A program made the position numbers and the translations under genes. 64,000 bases of DNA. Origin: a virus. Its lineage: Duplodnaviria > Caudoviricetes. Where the stretch lies: the IMG/VR virus record IMGVR_UViG_2706795801_000001, positions 1 through 64,000 of that record. One strand, given 5' to 3'. The notes under the pieces are model-generated. The model saw nothing but the letters and a program-made list of their open reading frames with translations. It was not told the DNA's origin and ran no database searches. This document shows positions 9,128 to 19,754 of this stretch, piece after piece; position 1 is the stretch's first letter, and the number at the start of each line of letters is the position of its first letter.

Positions 9128-10375
9128 TTATTCTTGGGGTTCTCCTGCAGAATTACAATTACGTTCTTCTTCGGCAACAGGTTTGGTAGGGACACCAGCT
9201 TCTGATAACTCTTCATATGAGAAAGTAATCCATTTACCAATCAAACCTCTCATTGTTTCATAATCACGTTCATATCGCTTACCATCCCTACGTTCAACCT
9301 TCATTTTACACTTAAACGTTACGTTGTCAAGGGAATCCGAAGATCTGCAATGTAATAACCCTTCACCATTCTTATCTGATGTCACATCAATAACTAAACT
9401 TTCACCATCATATCTTGGTTTATCCTTTTGAGTATTAGAGGAACGTTTACCAAACTCATAGACACCTAAAGGATCACCATGAACTAAACCTTCGTAACCC
9501 AATGTAGTATACTTATCACGTAGTTGTAAGCGTTCCGCTGTGGAATGAGTAGTGAAACTTTCAACAATTTCAATACTATTATTAAGGTTTAATTCGTCAA
9601 GTTTATGTTGTAAGTCCTTAACAGCCTCGAGTCTAATATTATATTCTGTTTTATCCATCACAGGAATATCAAATACAAATAACTTTAACTTTGGAGCATC
9701 TTCATTAGGGTTATATCCTAAGTATTCTACAGCACTTATACAATTACTAAATTTAACTATATCTCCCACCTTCTTCGCGCGTTCATTTGCAATCTTGATA
9801 ATTTCTTTGTTGGTCTTGCTAGGTTTCAACCAAGCTGAACGTATACGTTGTAATGGTAATCCATGTGCATACACTTCACAATCCATATTAGCTAAATCTA
9901 AATCATTTAACACTTCCACTGCATTTTTAATATGAGGTACATTAATATTCTCAACACGACCAATCTTAGAACGTAATACCCCATCAATAATACAAGCACG
10001 ACTGCCGTTGTACTTCACTGTAGAAATACAAGTATTAGGTAACTTGTGTGAGTGATCTTTATAATTCTGTACCTTACGAGGTTCTAAGCACACCTCAGAC
10101 GCACTCATAGCTTCTTGCTGAGATAATTTATAGTGTTTGTTATCAATCTGCGCTTTATACATTGCTACAAGCTCAATCACAGCCTGCATATTATCAGATG
10201 TTTCATTACTGCGACCTTGATTCTTACCAGAAGCTGAATATTCCTTGATTTGCATCTTCCCGCCAATATCGCCCCATGAACAGAACACCTTTTCATCTTC
10301 TGTCCAACCTGACCAAACCTGAGTCTTTCCAGTAGACTGGCTCACTTTATATAATTCTTGTTTCTGTTCAAACAT
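9128..10375 (-). CDS. ATP-dependent DNA ligase
   Basis: KYNGSR motif I, DCEVY, FVFD, YEGLV, YEFGKRS and KDKP motifs; C-terminal OB fold. Confidence 0.9.
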   Translation of the reverse strand: MFEQKQELYKVSQSTGKTQVWSGWTEDEKVFCSWGDIGGKMQIKEYSASGKNQGRSNETSDNMQAVIELVAMYKAQIDNKHYKLSQQEAMSASEVCLEPRKVQNYKDHSHKLPNTCISTVKYNGSRACIIDGVLRSKIGRVENINVPHIKNAVEVLNDLDLANMDCEVYAHGLPLQRIRSAWLKPSKTNKEIIKIANERAKKVGDIVKFSNCISAVEYLGYNPNEDAPKLKLFVFDIPVMDKTEYNIRLEAVKDLQHKLDELNLNNSIEIVESFTTHSTAERLQLRDKYTTLGYEGLVHGDPLGVYEFGKRSSNTQKDKPRYDGESLVIDVTSDKNGEGLLHCRSSDSLDNVTFKCKMKVERRDGKRYERDYETMRGLIGKWITFSYEELSEAGVPTKPVAEEERNCNSAGEPQE

Positions 10376-10565
10376 TATTCATTACCCTCCATAATCCAAG
10401 CCTCTACACTTTCCATAGTAAACTCGCCATCAAATACTTTTTGAGTCTTATCACGACATTTAACCCATAACTCCGTGTCAGAGGTTTTAACCTTTGTACC
10501 ACTTTCATCTTGCTGGATAACACTACAAGCTATCATCCAACCATTCTTACGTGCCAGTATCGCCA

Positions 10566-10799
10566 TTATATAACTCCCCCTTGTCTTAATCCTTGCTCAT
10601 AACCACACTCAAATTCGTATTCACTTTCAATAGAACTTTCCTCTTGTCCAGCATCGAAACCTAATGTGTACTTATTGTTTAGTTCCATATCCACTATTTT
10701 ATCTAAATAAAACCAATCCTCTGGGGTACTTATAACAACTTCCCCAAGTGATCCGTACTTTAACACTTCATCTAGTGTTTGTAAATCTTTAATGTTCAT
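10566..10799 (-). CDS. Hypothetical protein
   Basis: 77 aa; AGGAGG RBS. Confidence 0.65.
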   Translation of the reverse strand: MNIKDLQTLDEVLKYGSLGEVVISTPEDWFYLDKIVDMELNNKYTLGFDAGQEESSIESEYEFECGYEQGLRQGGVI

Positions 10800-10890
10800 A
10801 AATAAAACCTCCTTAAAATAAAACCCACAACATTTACGTTATGGGTTTAGTATAGTGTTACTAATTTTAAATTGCAACTACTATTTTAAA

Positions 10891-11613
10891 TTAATTTGCA
10901 AGACTATCAATAATCTTAATTCTTAACTTCTCAATACCGATATTGTGAGCATACTTGATATCAAGCTGGTCTGCAATACTAAACAGGTACAGAGGATCTT
11001 TGGTATTAAGAATCTTATCCTCATCAATGTCGTAGTATGTATCAACTTCATCTTCATTGTCAACAAATACATCACCCTTACCAAATAAAGTATCAAGGAT
11101 ATCATCTTTTGACATATTGGCTAATTGCTCACGGGAGAATGGTTCAGGTTCTTCATCGAAACCTTCTACCTGTATTTCACCACCAGTGAAAGGGTCAAGT
11201 TTTATAGCTACTTCTATCGCAGTCACGCCATCAGCACCTGCATGAACAGCACCTGCTGCATAATCCCCCCCGCTACCCATAAATACAGGTTGTTTGACTT
11301 CGTAGTAGTCATCACATCCTTCAAACAACATCACTGTACCGTCAGGATATAATACAGCACCCATGAAGTCATCGTCAACCATTTTCTCTGGCATACCAAT
11401 ATTTACGTGTGGAAATACTTCTTGTGCGTGACTTGCGTCTAGTGTGTCAATAACAAAGTCACGGAACTTGAGGCAATGACTCCAACGCCCACACCCTACA
11501 ATAATTGCGTTGCCTACATTAGTAATCTTCTTTACATCGTAAGAAGTAATACGTCCTGCAGTAGACTGACCATCTGCGTACACCTTGTTATCATGAATTA
11601 CTACTGTTGTCAT
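10891..11613 (-). CDS. HslV/proteasome-beta-like Ntn threonine protease
   Basis: N-terminal MTTVV..YADGQST, KKI, MGSGGDYA, AIKLDPFTGG; extra acidic and helical C-terminal extension. Confidence 0.85.
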   Translation of the reverse strand: MTTVVIHDNKVYADGQSTAGRITSYDVKKITNVGNAIIVGCGRWSHCLKFRDFVIDTLDASHAQEVFPHVNIGMPEKMVDDDFMGAVLYPDGTVMLFEGCDDYYEVKQPVFMGSGGDYAAGAVHAGADGVTAIEVAIKLDPFTGGEIQVEGFDEEPEPFSREQLANMSKDDILDTLFGKGDVFVDNEDEVDTYYDIDEDKILNTKDPLYLFSIADQLDIKYAHNIGIEKLRIKIIDSLAN

Positions 11614-11684
11614 ACTCTCTCCTTAAATTAAATCACGAGGGTTTGTTTACATACACTTTGAACACATCCTTGTGTTATTATTAT

Positions 11685-12479
11685 TTACTCTTCTTCATAT
11701 AACTCAACAATTCTACGAGATAAAGCAGAACGCATATTCTCATCTGCGTATAATCTTACAAACCCCATTGTTGGTTCTGTACTGATTAACTCACCATCTT
11801 CATCTTCTTTTGTAATTTTATTCACAAAATCACTGAAACCATCTTTTCGTTTCTTAGTAGAATATTGTTGAAATTTATCTCCTAGTAGACAAACCCTACT
11901 ACCTTTCCCACAACGTTCCAATAATAGTTTTACAGTTTGTGGAGATAAAAACTGACTCTCATCAATAATAATCAAACTATCATCTAGTGTCTGCCCTGCA
12001 ATAAAGTTAGGTATTGTAAATACAATGCGCTCAGCCTTTTCTTCCATTTCAAGTTTACCTTTAGACATGAAGGTGTGAAAAATAGATTTCATAGCAACCC
12101 AATGCATAAAAAGCTTCTCATCTGCGGTTCCTTTCAAGGCTCCCAAGTCATCATCCCCTACTTGAGACGGTGTTTTAATGAATACAATACGTTTATAGCA
12201 GCCGCGCTTAAGGTCATTCAGTCCCTGCCAAATAGCTGTAGTACTCTTACCAGTACCTGAACTACCTTGAACTGCTGTGAGTTCATTAACACACATACTA
12301 TGTATAATCTCTTTCTGACCTTCCGTAGGTTTGAACCAACCCAGCTTATAATCCTCAGATGCTGCAGCTCGTTCACTCATCACCAAGTCATTACCTTGTT
12401 TTGCACGAGATTCGTGTCTATCTAATTTAGCAGCTTTGTTTCTTTTACCTTTACGATTAACATGGCGTTCTTGTGTCAT
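11685..12479 (-). CDS. phoH: PhoH-family ATPase
   Basis: GSSGTGKS Walker A, GQTLD..IIIDESQ, LLERCG, GDKFQ and RS motifs. Confidence 0.9.
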   Translation of the reverse strand: MTQERHVNRKGKRNKAAKLDRHESRAKQGNDLVMSERAAASEDYKLGWFKPTEGQKEIIHSMCVNELTAVQGSSGTGKSTTAIWQGLNDLKRGCYKRIVFIKTPSQVGDDDLGALKGTADEKLFMHWVAMKSIFHTFMSKGKLEMEEKAERIVFTIPNFIAGQTLDDSLIIIDESQFLSPQTVKLLLERCGKGSRVCLLGDKFQQYSTKKRKDGFSDFVNKITKEDEDGELISTEPTMGFVRLYADENMRSALSRRIVELYEEE

Positions 12480-12481
12480 GG

Positions 12482-12685
12482 TTACTCTCCTCTGGTATTA
12501 ACATTTTTAGATGAATTAATTTCTAATATTATAAAACAATAGGCCGCCATTATTAAACACAAAATTGCTTGTTCCCCATTTGTAGTATTACCTTGAGGTA
12601 TCATATTTAGGTGTTCATATGCAATGCTTGCCCCTAAGCTAAATATACCAATCAGCGTGTGAACAATTTCCCAAAACTTATTCAT
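12482..12685 (-). CDS. Two-TM membrane protein, possible holin
   Basis: Two hydrophobic helices; ATGA overlap with the endolysin. Confidence 0.45.
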   Translation of the reverse strand: MNKFWEIVHTLIGIFSLGASIAYEHLNMIPQGNTTNGEQAILCLIMAAYCFIILEINSSKNVNTRGE

Positions 12686-13305
12686 ATTTCCTCCACATAT
12701 TTAAAGTTCAAACGGTTTTCACACCATCCCACATAAAAATTTTCATCTTTATCATTAGCACCTTCATTCAACGCACACTGTCGGTAGTGTTGATGTTGGC
12801 AACAGTTAAGGTTGTTATACAACATAACTTCTCCACTACTACCTCGTTTACCTAGGAAAGCTTCGAGGGCGCTAATAGTCTTACTACCTATTTTACCATC
12901 GGCAATAATATCCTTATAATCTACTTCCCTACGATTACACAGGTTAAGTTCTTCTTGTAGCCACTTACTTGGACGACTTGTACCTACATTAACCGAGGTG
13001 TCAAACAATTCCTGCGCCACCATCTGAGACACTTCGGCAACTAAGTTAAACTTTGGTACCATGAAATATTCATGTGCATACAAGTCCTGTGCGAAGGCTA
13101 GTGGTAGTGTTTTCATATTACCATCCCACTGGTACAGGTGGAAGTAATCCTTGTATTTAAGAGTAGCTTTCTCAGTCACACCATAGCGGGTTTTACCACC
13201 AGAGTCATTCTTATCGTCTGTATACTTATCACCACCTTCGTGCTTAATTGTAGTCTCAATAAAAGTCTTTACGAACTGAGGTGAATTATTATAACTGTTT
13301 AACAT
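12682..13305 (-). CDS. Endolysin, GH108 lysozyme plus peptidoglycan-binding domain
   Basis: HEGG..DSGGKTRYGVT, LFDTSVNVG, DGKIGSKT and FYVGW..NR motifs. Confidence 0.92.
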   Translation of the reverse strand: MLNSYNNSPQFVKTFIETTIKHEGGDKYTDDKNDSGGKTRYGVTEKATLKYKDYFHLYQWDGNMKTLPLAFAQDLYAHEYFMVPKFNLVAEVSQMVAQELFDTSVNVGTSRPSKWLQEELNLCNRREVDYKDIIADGKIGSKTISALEAFLGKRGSSGEVMLYNNLNCCQHQHYRQCALNEGANDKDENFYVGWCENRLNFKYVEEI

Positions 13306-13326
13306 TATACCTCCTTATAACATATA

Positions 13327-13521
13327 TTAATTAATGTAAACTTCCTTATCTTTAAACCAAGATTTGTGGTAAGTTTTAATAACATTGTTATCATTCATTA
13401 CCTGATAGCAATCTAGAGTCTCAGATAGTACTTCATACCGTTTACCTTGTGTAAGGTTTTCCATTAAAACCTCCATCATATCACCTGATGTATCAGCAAT
13501 AACAGTTGTTTTATATTCCAT
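13327..13521 (-). CDS. Hypothetical protein
   Basis: 64 aa ORF with own promoter-like TTGACA upstream. Confidence 0.6.
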   Translation of the reverse strand: MEYKTTVIADTSGDMMEVLMENLTQGKRYEVLSETLDCYQVMNDNNVIKTYHKSWFKDKEVYIN

Positions 13522-13593
13522 AAATCCCTCTTTTGTTTATTGATATTAAATGTTAAGTGTAGAGTATAACACACCCTTGTGTCAAGTGTATTA

Positions 13594-14940
13594 TTAACTG
13601 TTATCAGAAATGAACTTGGTACAATCCCCTTTATAGTTACCACCTACATCGAACACCTGTGGGACAGTAGTTAGACCAAGGGATAGAAGATACTCTTTTT
13701 CCTCTTGTGTTACCTGAATTTCCCTATACAACATACCTTTCTTCAACATGAAAGCTTTAACCTTGACGCAGTAGGGGCAATCAGGTTTAGAGTACACTAC
13801 ATAATTCTCATCTTCTGTATATTCACCAAAAAATCCAGCAAATATATCATCAGAAAAATCTACATTAGATACATCCTTACTTACAGAACTCACCATGTAG
13901 TTTGTGGCATCTGATTCCATGTTGGCATTTTGTTGGCTGTTTAAATCCATCCAGTCGTTCTCGAACCAAGGTAAAGGACATGTATTAGTCCGTCTAAACT
14001 TAGGTTGTAATTCCAGTACGTCAAAAACTTCTTGTGCATTGTATCTAACCCAGTCATTCAATATACCTTCATTCATTCCTACCAAGTTACGTCCAGAGGA
14101 GAATAAATACTTATTCCATGATAATTCTTGGTCCACAACACCATGCACAATGTTAGTCAGTTCTGTGTTATATTGGATGAAGTACTTTTCCCACTCAGGG
14201 TCTTTCATCATAACGTCTTGTAATACATAACGACCAGCTTCGTAGTGGATCATTTCGTCCATTAAAATTTTCTGAACCAGTCTAGCACCACCTATAAAAT
14301 ACTCCTGTTGGGCTAATGCAAATGTACAACTGAAACTAGACATGAAGCTGATACGCTCTAGTGCATATATTGCAACCACACCTTTGAGGACGTATGGTCT
14401 ACACTCTGCTTCTGTGGCAAGCCCAAGGGTGTATTTAGCCCCATATTCTTTAAGGTCACTAAGTGCCTTACCTACTACAGAACTACGTTCCAGTACCTTC
14501 TGATTCTCAAACACCATATCAAAAACTTCTTGTGGGTCTGAAATACATTGACGAACTATATTAGAGTAAGTGTTGCTGTGTAAATTTTCATTCTCTCCAA
14601 TACGTGCCAACAGGTGACCATATTCACTGTTAGTTACAAAAGGCGCTAATAATGTAGGTATGGAAGTTGCAATGCTATCCAAACTCCATTGGTATGCTAG
14701 GTTTAATAGCATAAGTTCTCTGGTGTTTTTATCACAGCGTAATAAGTCCATACGTGTTTCTGTTAAGTCTACATCGTTCTCGGACCAATCTAATTGTTTA
14801 AGTTTCTCCATCAACTCATACAAATATGGGTAAGGTTGGTTCACACTATCATAAAGACTTGGTTCTTCTCCGAAGAACAATGGGTACTTTCCTGTAATAT
14901 GCGAGGTAGATTTCTCGTTAAATACTGTAATCTTTGTCAA
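13594..14940 (-). CDS. nrdB: Class Ia ribonucleotide reductase beta subunit with C-terminal glutaredoxin fusion
   Basis: WSE, LDS, ENLHSNTY (radical Tyr), ERISF and DEMIH; tail YSKPDCPYC...TVPQVF. Confidence 0.93.
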   Translation of the reverse strand: MTKITVFNEKSTSHITGKYPLFFGEEPSLYDSVNQPYPYLYELMEKLKQLDWSENDVDLTETRMDLLRCDKNTRELMLLNLAYQWSLDSIATSIPTLLAPFVTNSEYGHLLARIGENENLHSNTYSNIVRQCISDPQEVFDMVFENQKVLERSSVVGKALSDLKEYGAKYTLGLATEAECRPYVLKGVVAIYALERISFMSSFSCTFALAQQEYFIGGARLVQKILMDEMIHYEAGRYVLQDVMMKDPEWEKYFIQYNTELTNIVHGVVDQELSWNKYLFSSGRNLVGMNEGILNDWVRYNAQEVFDVLELQPKFRRTNTCPLPWFENDWMDLNSQQNANMESDATNYMVSSVSKDVSNVDFSDDIFAGFFGEYTEDENYVVYSKPDCPYCVKVKAFMLKKGMLYREIQVTQEEKEYLLSLGLTTVPQVFDVGGNYKGDCTKFISDNS

Positions 14941-14996
14941 TTATTTAATACTCCTATTAAGTGCACTTCCCTGTGTCGTATCCTATTCTTATCTTA

Positions 14997-17509
14997 TTAT
15001 AAAGTGCAACCACCACCATCACAACCTACATCTACTACTTCCTCAACCTTTACTGATGTAGTAGAACCTGAATTAGTTTTACTGTTCACATAATACCTAG
15101 TTTTCATCCCCAGCATTGTCATATACATCCAGTTTTTAAGTAATTCAACACCCGTTATATCCCTTTTTGTGAAGTCTAAATACTCATCTGCTGATATAGA
15201 TTGGTCTGTTGTAGCTTGAATACAAGCGTACACTTCAATCATATCCTTAGCTGGAATATCATAGGCTAGCTCATAATATTGCTCATGTGTGTCAGCATTT
15301 GGTGCCAAGAACCTAGTCTTCTTTTTCCCGTTAGTCTTCACCACTTTAATACTACGGGCAGGCAGTATGCTATTGGTGCCATTGGTTGCAATCGATGAAC
15401 TTTCATTTGGCATATAATTGGTTGTTACACTAAATCTCACACCATACAAGAGAACATCTTTACGTAAATCTTCCCAGTTCTGAACCAGTCCTTGTTTGAC
15501 TACTTTAAACACGTTAGGGTTCATAGTATCTATAGGTAACCAACCATCTTTCCATTTAGTTTTGTACATCCAGTCACATTGCCCACGTTCTTTAGCTAAC
15601 CTGACAGAGGCTTTAATCATACTGAATGCATGTAACTCCGCTAACCTATGAATGTATTGTTTACCCTCTAACGAAGAGTATTTTAATTTCTTCTCAGCCA
15701 TATGTCCAGCTAAATCTGTAATACCCACTCCGATATTACGTCTAGCTTGAGCTGAATACTTCAGTGCTGGAAATGGATAATCCATTATATCTATCACATT
15801 GTCTATACTTAAGGCAGCGTAATATGCAACATCTTCCCATTCACTCTCTGAAACCCTACGTGCAACGATAGCTGACAAGCTACATAAACCAATCTCAGGA
15901 ATACTCCCATCTTTATTGACTGGTTGTGTTTCATTTAGTTGGTATACATTATCGAAACCTACAGTAGGGAACGCTGTTTCCTGACCATTTTATCCTAATT
16001 TTCATTAGGTGCGGATCATATCATCTCCCGTTCGGGGAGTCGGACGCTTTTTCACCCAGTGACTAAACTGTGCTACTTCCTGTTATTAAGCTTATTCGCA
16101 TAAGCTCAGGTGATCTCTGAACCTTCCTACTCCGTAGGCTTGGCTGCTGATTGCCATCATCTTTACATGTTAAGGTTTCCAGCAATTCATCCAATTATTC
16201 GACTTGTATTCCTACAAGAAGCTGCATCAGTTTACAGATTAGAACTATAAATTTTATTTAAGTGTGGTGTATGCCTATTAAGCTCATCAGTACGGTGTAA
16301 GTAAATCTGACCACTCTCTTGTCCTTGAATCAAAGCTTCCATTATAACCTTTCGGGCACTAATATATGTCTTAGGTTTAATAGATTTTTCGTACTCGTGG
16401 TACAATGTATCGAACACTGATTGATCTGCTAAATACATAGCTTCATACAATTCTGGAGCGTTCTGATAACTGACTAGCATCCACTGTTCATCATTATAAA
16501 CTTTTTGTGCAAATAACTTATTACTACCAAAAGAGTAATGTATGCCATCAACCCTTACCTTTGCCGCAGTTTTCTTACTCTTCCATGTTAATATATCCAT
16601 AATCTCAGGGTCGAGGCAGTTAACGTGCATAGTAGCTGAACCCCCTCTACTATTCTGTAAGTTAGCAGCAACTGCACTTTCAGTCATTTTATAGTAAGGA
16701 CGTTTACCTTGGTGGATAGTAGTACCACCTCGTACACCATCCCCCTTACTGCGGGTCTTAAGGTGAGAACCAATACCTGCTGAAGCACAGGTTAGCATAT
16801 ATGCTATGTGGTCACCAGCCGATAACGAATCTACAGTATCAAAAGTTGTAAACGTAGCGCAACTGGCGTATGACCTACTGGGAGTTCTAAGGTTAGTCAT
16901 AAAAGGCGTCGGTGCACAAATCTTCTTATCACTTAAATAAGTGTAATATTTAATTACATCATCTAATCTTCTGTGTTTTGGCATACCCTTCATATTTGCC
17001 ATAGCCATCCCCATGTACATGAATTGGGGTGACTCTAGTGCAATATCTTTTACTCTATTTCGGATAATATATTTGTCATTGATCTGTTTAATCTCTGGGT
17101 AAGAAGATTTCAAATCTTTAGAATGGTCTATTACCTCCTCAAGCTTATTAAATTCTTCTTCTGAGTATCCTAAAGATTCCCAGTACCCTAATGCTACCAT
17201 AGTATCATGGTGGTGTTTCAAGGTTGGAATCTTTTTGAAACCACCAAAAGCTTCTTTATAGATGATACCTGCTAACACCCTACCTGCTAACATGAAGTGC
17301 TTCTCATCAAATTCTTCGACACATGCATCAATTATAGCTTTATCAATATCTCGTGTGGTGCAATTATTACTTAGTAACTTTAATGCTTTGAATGAAATGT
17401 CACTCCAATTCACTTTTCTTGCTGCAGCCCATCTCATCTTCTTATTGAACTTTTCTGCGTCAAAAGGTACAGGTGTCCCATCACTCTTAATTACTGTGGT
17501 AATACTCAA
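14997..17509 (-). CDS. nrdA: Class Ia ribonucleotide reductase alpha subunit, two exons (17509-16234 and 15985-14997; 754 aa spliced)
   Basis: ATP cone, PTP, ASC; NLCQE restored on splicing; C-terminal CDGGGCTL. Confidence 0.93.
15986..16233 (-). mobile_element. ORF-less group I intron (248 nt) in nrdA
   Basis: 5' splice after U with P1 CTGT/GCAG, terminal G; P AATTGCTGGAAA, Q AATCAGCAG, R GTTCAGAGATCA, S ATGATATGATCC; removal gives AAT CTG T|GT CAG GAA. Confidence 0.92.
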
Positions 17510-17525
17510 TCATTCTACTCCTCTA

Positions 17526-17771
17526 TTAGTATACATTCTCTGTGTCAAATTCAGACCATTTATCTTCGAATCCTGCTTCATCCCACATTGCATTCCCAAT
17601 ATGTTCATTCTGTAATTTGAGCCGCCATTCTACACCAGTATACCCCAGCAGTTCGTGGAGTTCTACACTGGACGTATCTTGCCATTTATCTTCTGGTAAG
17701 CCAATCTCTTGTGCAAAACTTCCTTGGTACTGTTGTGGTGTGAGTACCACTTTATTCTCTACATGAATCAA
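17526..17771 (-). CDS. Hypothetical protein
   Basis: 81 aa, TTG start with AGGAG RBS. Confidence 0.65.
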   Translation of the reverse strand: MIHVENKVVLTPQQYQGSFAQEIGLPEDKWQDTSSVELHELLGYTGVEWRLKLQNEHIGNAMWDEAGFEDKWSEFDTENVY

Positions 17772-17858
17772 ATACTGTCTCCTGTTATTATTGTTGAGTA
17801 GGGATTATAGTGGATTATGCCCTCCAACACAACCACTATTTGTATTAATTTATGGAAA

Positions 17859-18443
17859 CTAAATCCAACAGAGTATAGGTTCTCCTTCATAACCCCGTTG
17901 TACGTGTAGCCAGCAATATGCTGTAGCATTAGGACTAGCCTCGTATTCTACACCTTTAGGACAACTCACTCTCTTACCAAACACATACACTTTTTTCAAA
18001 GGCCATTCTTTGCTCTTGAACTTGTTAGCACGTTTTATACTCTCTAGTGTGTTGAGTCTGTTAAATATAAATAAATCATCACACCACAATAAACTTTGTT
18101 CAATGAACTCATATGTTAAGGTAAATGGTGGGTTGAAAACCATCACGTGGTTTCTATCCAAAGTCTTAGGTGTTGCATTTAGGAAATCTCCATACTCGAC
18201 ACAATCAAGATGTTCTGCATAACTATCACCATAATTAACTAAGTCAAACCCATGTACTGTTTTACCTTTATCTTTGAAGAACCTCGTGATATCCCCTAAA
18301 CCGAAACTGTTGTCCACCACTGTGGTAGCACGTTTAAGTTCCTGTGGTGCGTTATCCCATAACAACTGTAAAGACTCTTTAGAGGTGGTGTACAGGTCGT
18401 TAGAGTGTGCATCTTTATTACGTTTAGTGTTTGCAGTCGCCAA
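17859..18443 (-). CDS. Orphan DNA N6-adenine methyltransferase
   Basis: DNSFGLGDI (motif I-like), GDFL, FNPPF (motif IV), AYCW. Confidence 0.85.
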   Translation of the reverse strand: MATANTKRNKDAHSNDLYTTSKESLQLLWDNAPQELKRATTVVDNSFGLGDITRFFKDKGKTVHGFDLVNYGDSYAEHLDCVEYGDFLNATPKTLDRNHVMVFNPPFTLTYEFIEQSLLWCDDLFIFNRLNTLESIKRANKFKSKEWPLKKVYVFGKRVSCPKGVEYEASPNATAYCWLHVQRGYEGEPILCWI

Positions 18444-18455
18444 ACAATCTCCTCC

Positions 18456-18953
18456 TTATGGTCTAACAATATTGCGAATTGGTTTCTCTGGGTCAACACG
18501 TTTATCTAGTGCAGCCATTCCATCTTCATAGAACTTCTTAATACCTACTTTATTGATATTCATCATAACACTACTATCTAATCCTGCTAATGTCAATATC
18601 TCATTTTCAATATAAACACGTTCCATGAAGTGTGTACGATTCTTATCAAATATAACATTACCATATTCATCTTGGTGTGACACTTCTTTACGCACTCTAC
18701 CATTGAAGATACAGGTGGTGTGAGTCATATAAGGTCTGTCTTTATTTCGAATAATAACATTATCATATTTTGCATAACCATTACCACAACTATCTACTTG
18801 GAAACCTAACATAAATAATACTCGTGGTATGTTAGTATCACCGTTTGAGTACGTCAGGTACTGTGGCATAAGACTAGCTACATGGTTTACCACTTCAATA
18901 GATACCGAACATGGTGACGCACCCTTGTCTTTCATATGTTTAAAATAACTCAA
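18456..18953 (-). CDS. Conserved phage hypothetical protein
   Basis: 165 aa; AGGAG RBS. Confidence 0.7.
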   Translation of the reverse strand: MSYFKHMKDKGASPCSVSIEVVNHVASLMPQYLTYSNGDTNIPRVLFMLGFQVDSCGNGYAKYDNVIIRNKDRPYMTHTTCIFNGRVRKEVSHQDEYGNVIFDKNRTHFMERVYIENEILTLAGLDSSVMMNINKVGIKKFYEDGMAALDKRVDPEKPIRNIVRP

Positions 18954-18991
18954 TATTAATACTCCTAAATTACCACTTTAGTGGTTTATAA

Positions 18992-19537
18992 TTATTTACG
19001 TTTCCAGACTGATACTGACACCATATTTTCTACCAAATACTTATCCGACACTCTCTCCCATCCACCTTCATATAAGAAGCCCATATCAAAGTAAGTGTCT
19101 GCTTCTGGGAAAATATCTTCCACTGTTGTCCAGTGAATTTCATCTACATAAGGCAATAGTTGTTGGTAGACAGAAGCCCCACCAATAACCCATGTATCAG
19201 CTTCTTTTCTGGTGTAAGATTCTCTAATTTTTATAAAATTCTCTATAAACTTTAGATTAACCTTATATAAGGTATCTGATACATATACACTTGGTAGTTT
19301 TATATTACCCATAGTATATGTACATAACGACTCTCTTGTAAGTACTAAGTTATATCTATCAGGTAAACCACCTTTAAACGGAAGGCTTTTAAAAGTTGTG
19401 TTGCCCATTATTACAGGACACCCTAGAGTTTTATCCTTGAAATACTGCAAATCTTCTTTGATATACCCCCAAGGGAGTTTACCAGCCTGACCAATTTCGA
19501 AGTTAGCGCCAGTGGCAATTATCATCTTTATACTCAT
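18992..19537 (-). CDS. folA: Dihydrofolate reductase
   Basis: IGQAGKLPW, EDLQYFK, VIMG, LPDR, VIGGASVY and ADTYF; start placed at MSIKMII. Confidence 0.93.
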   Translation of the reverse strand: MSIKMIIATGANFEIGQAGKLPWGYIKEDLQYFKDKTLGCPVIMGNTTFKSLPFKGGLPDRYNLVLTRESLCTYTMGNIKLPSVYVSDTLYKVNLKFIENFIKIRESYTRKEADTWVIGGASVYQQLLPYVDEIHWTTVEDIFPEADTYFDMGFLYEGGWERVSDKYLVENMVSVSVWKRK

Positions 19538-19538
19538 A

Positions 19539-19754
19539 TTACATCCCCGTAGACGGCAGTAATTGCCATTTAATAATTGGAGGCATTTCAAACCAACTCC
19601 TATCTACATAACAATCTTTGTCCACACCATCTTCTTTTGTTGCCCAGAAGAATATATCCCAGTAGGGTTGTGCGTGGTCAACAAGAGCTAAGAACACCTC
19701 ACCATCTTTTGGTGGTTTAATTTTACTGATTGTCATGGTTACTCTCCTATTCAC
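19539..19754 (-). CDS. Hypothetical protein
   Basis: Short ORF between thyA and DHFR. Confidence 0.55.
   Translation of the reverse strand: MNRRVTMTISKIKPPKDGEVFLALVDHAQPYWDIFFWATKEDGVDKDCYVDRSWFEMPPIIKWQLLPSTGM

Noticed and set aside
14997-17509. Naturally split two-gene nrdA, or an intein
   Set aside because: The gap has stop codons and complete group I core motifs, and splicing restores the frame exactly.
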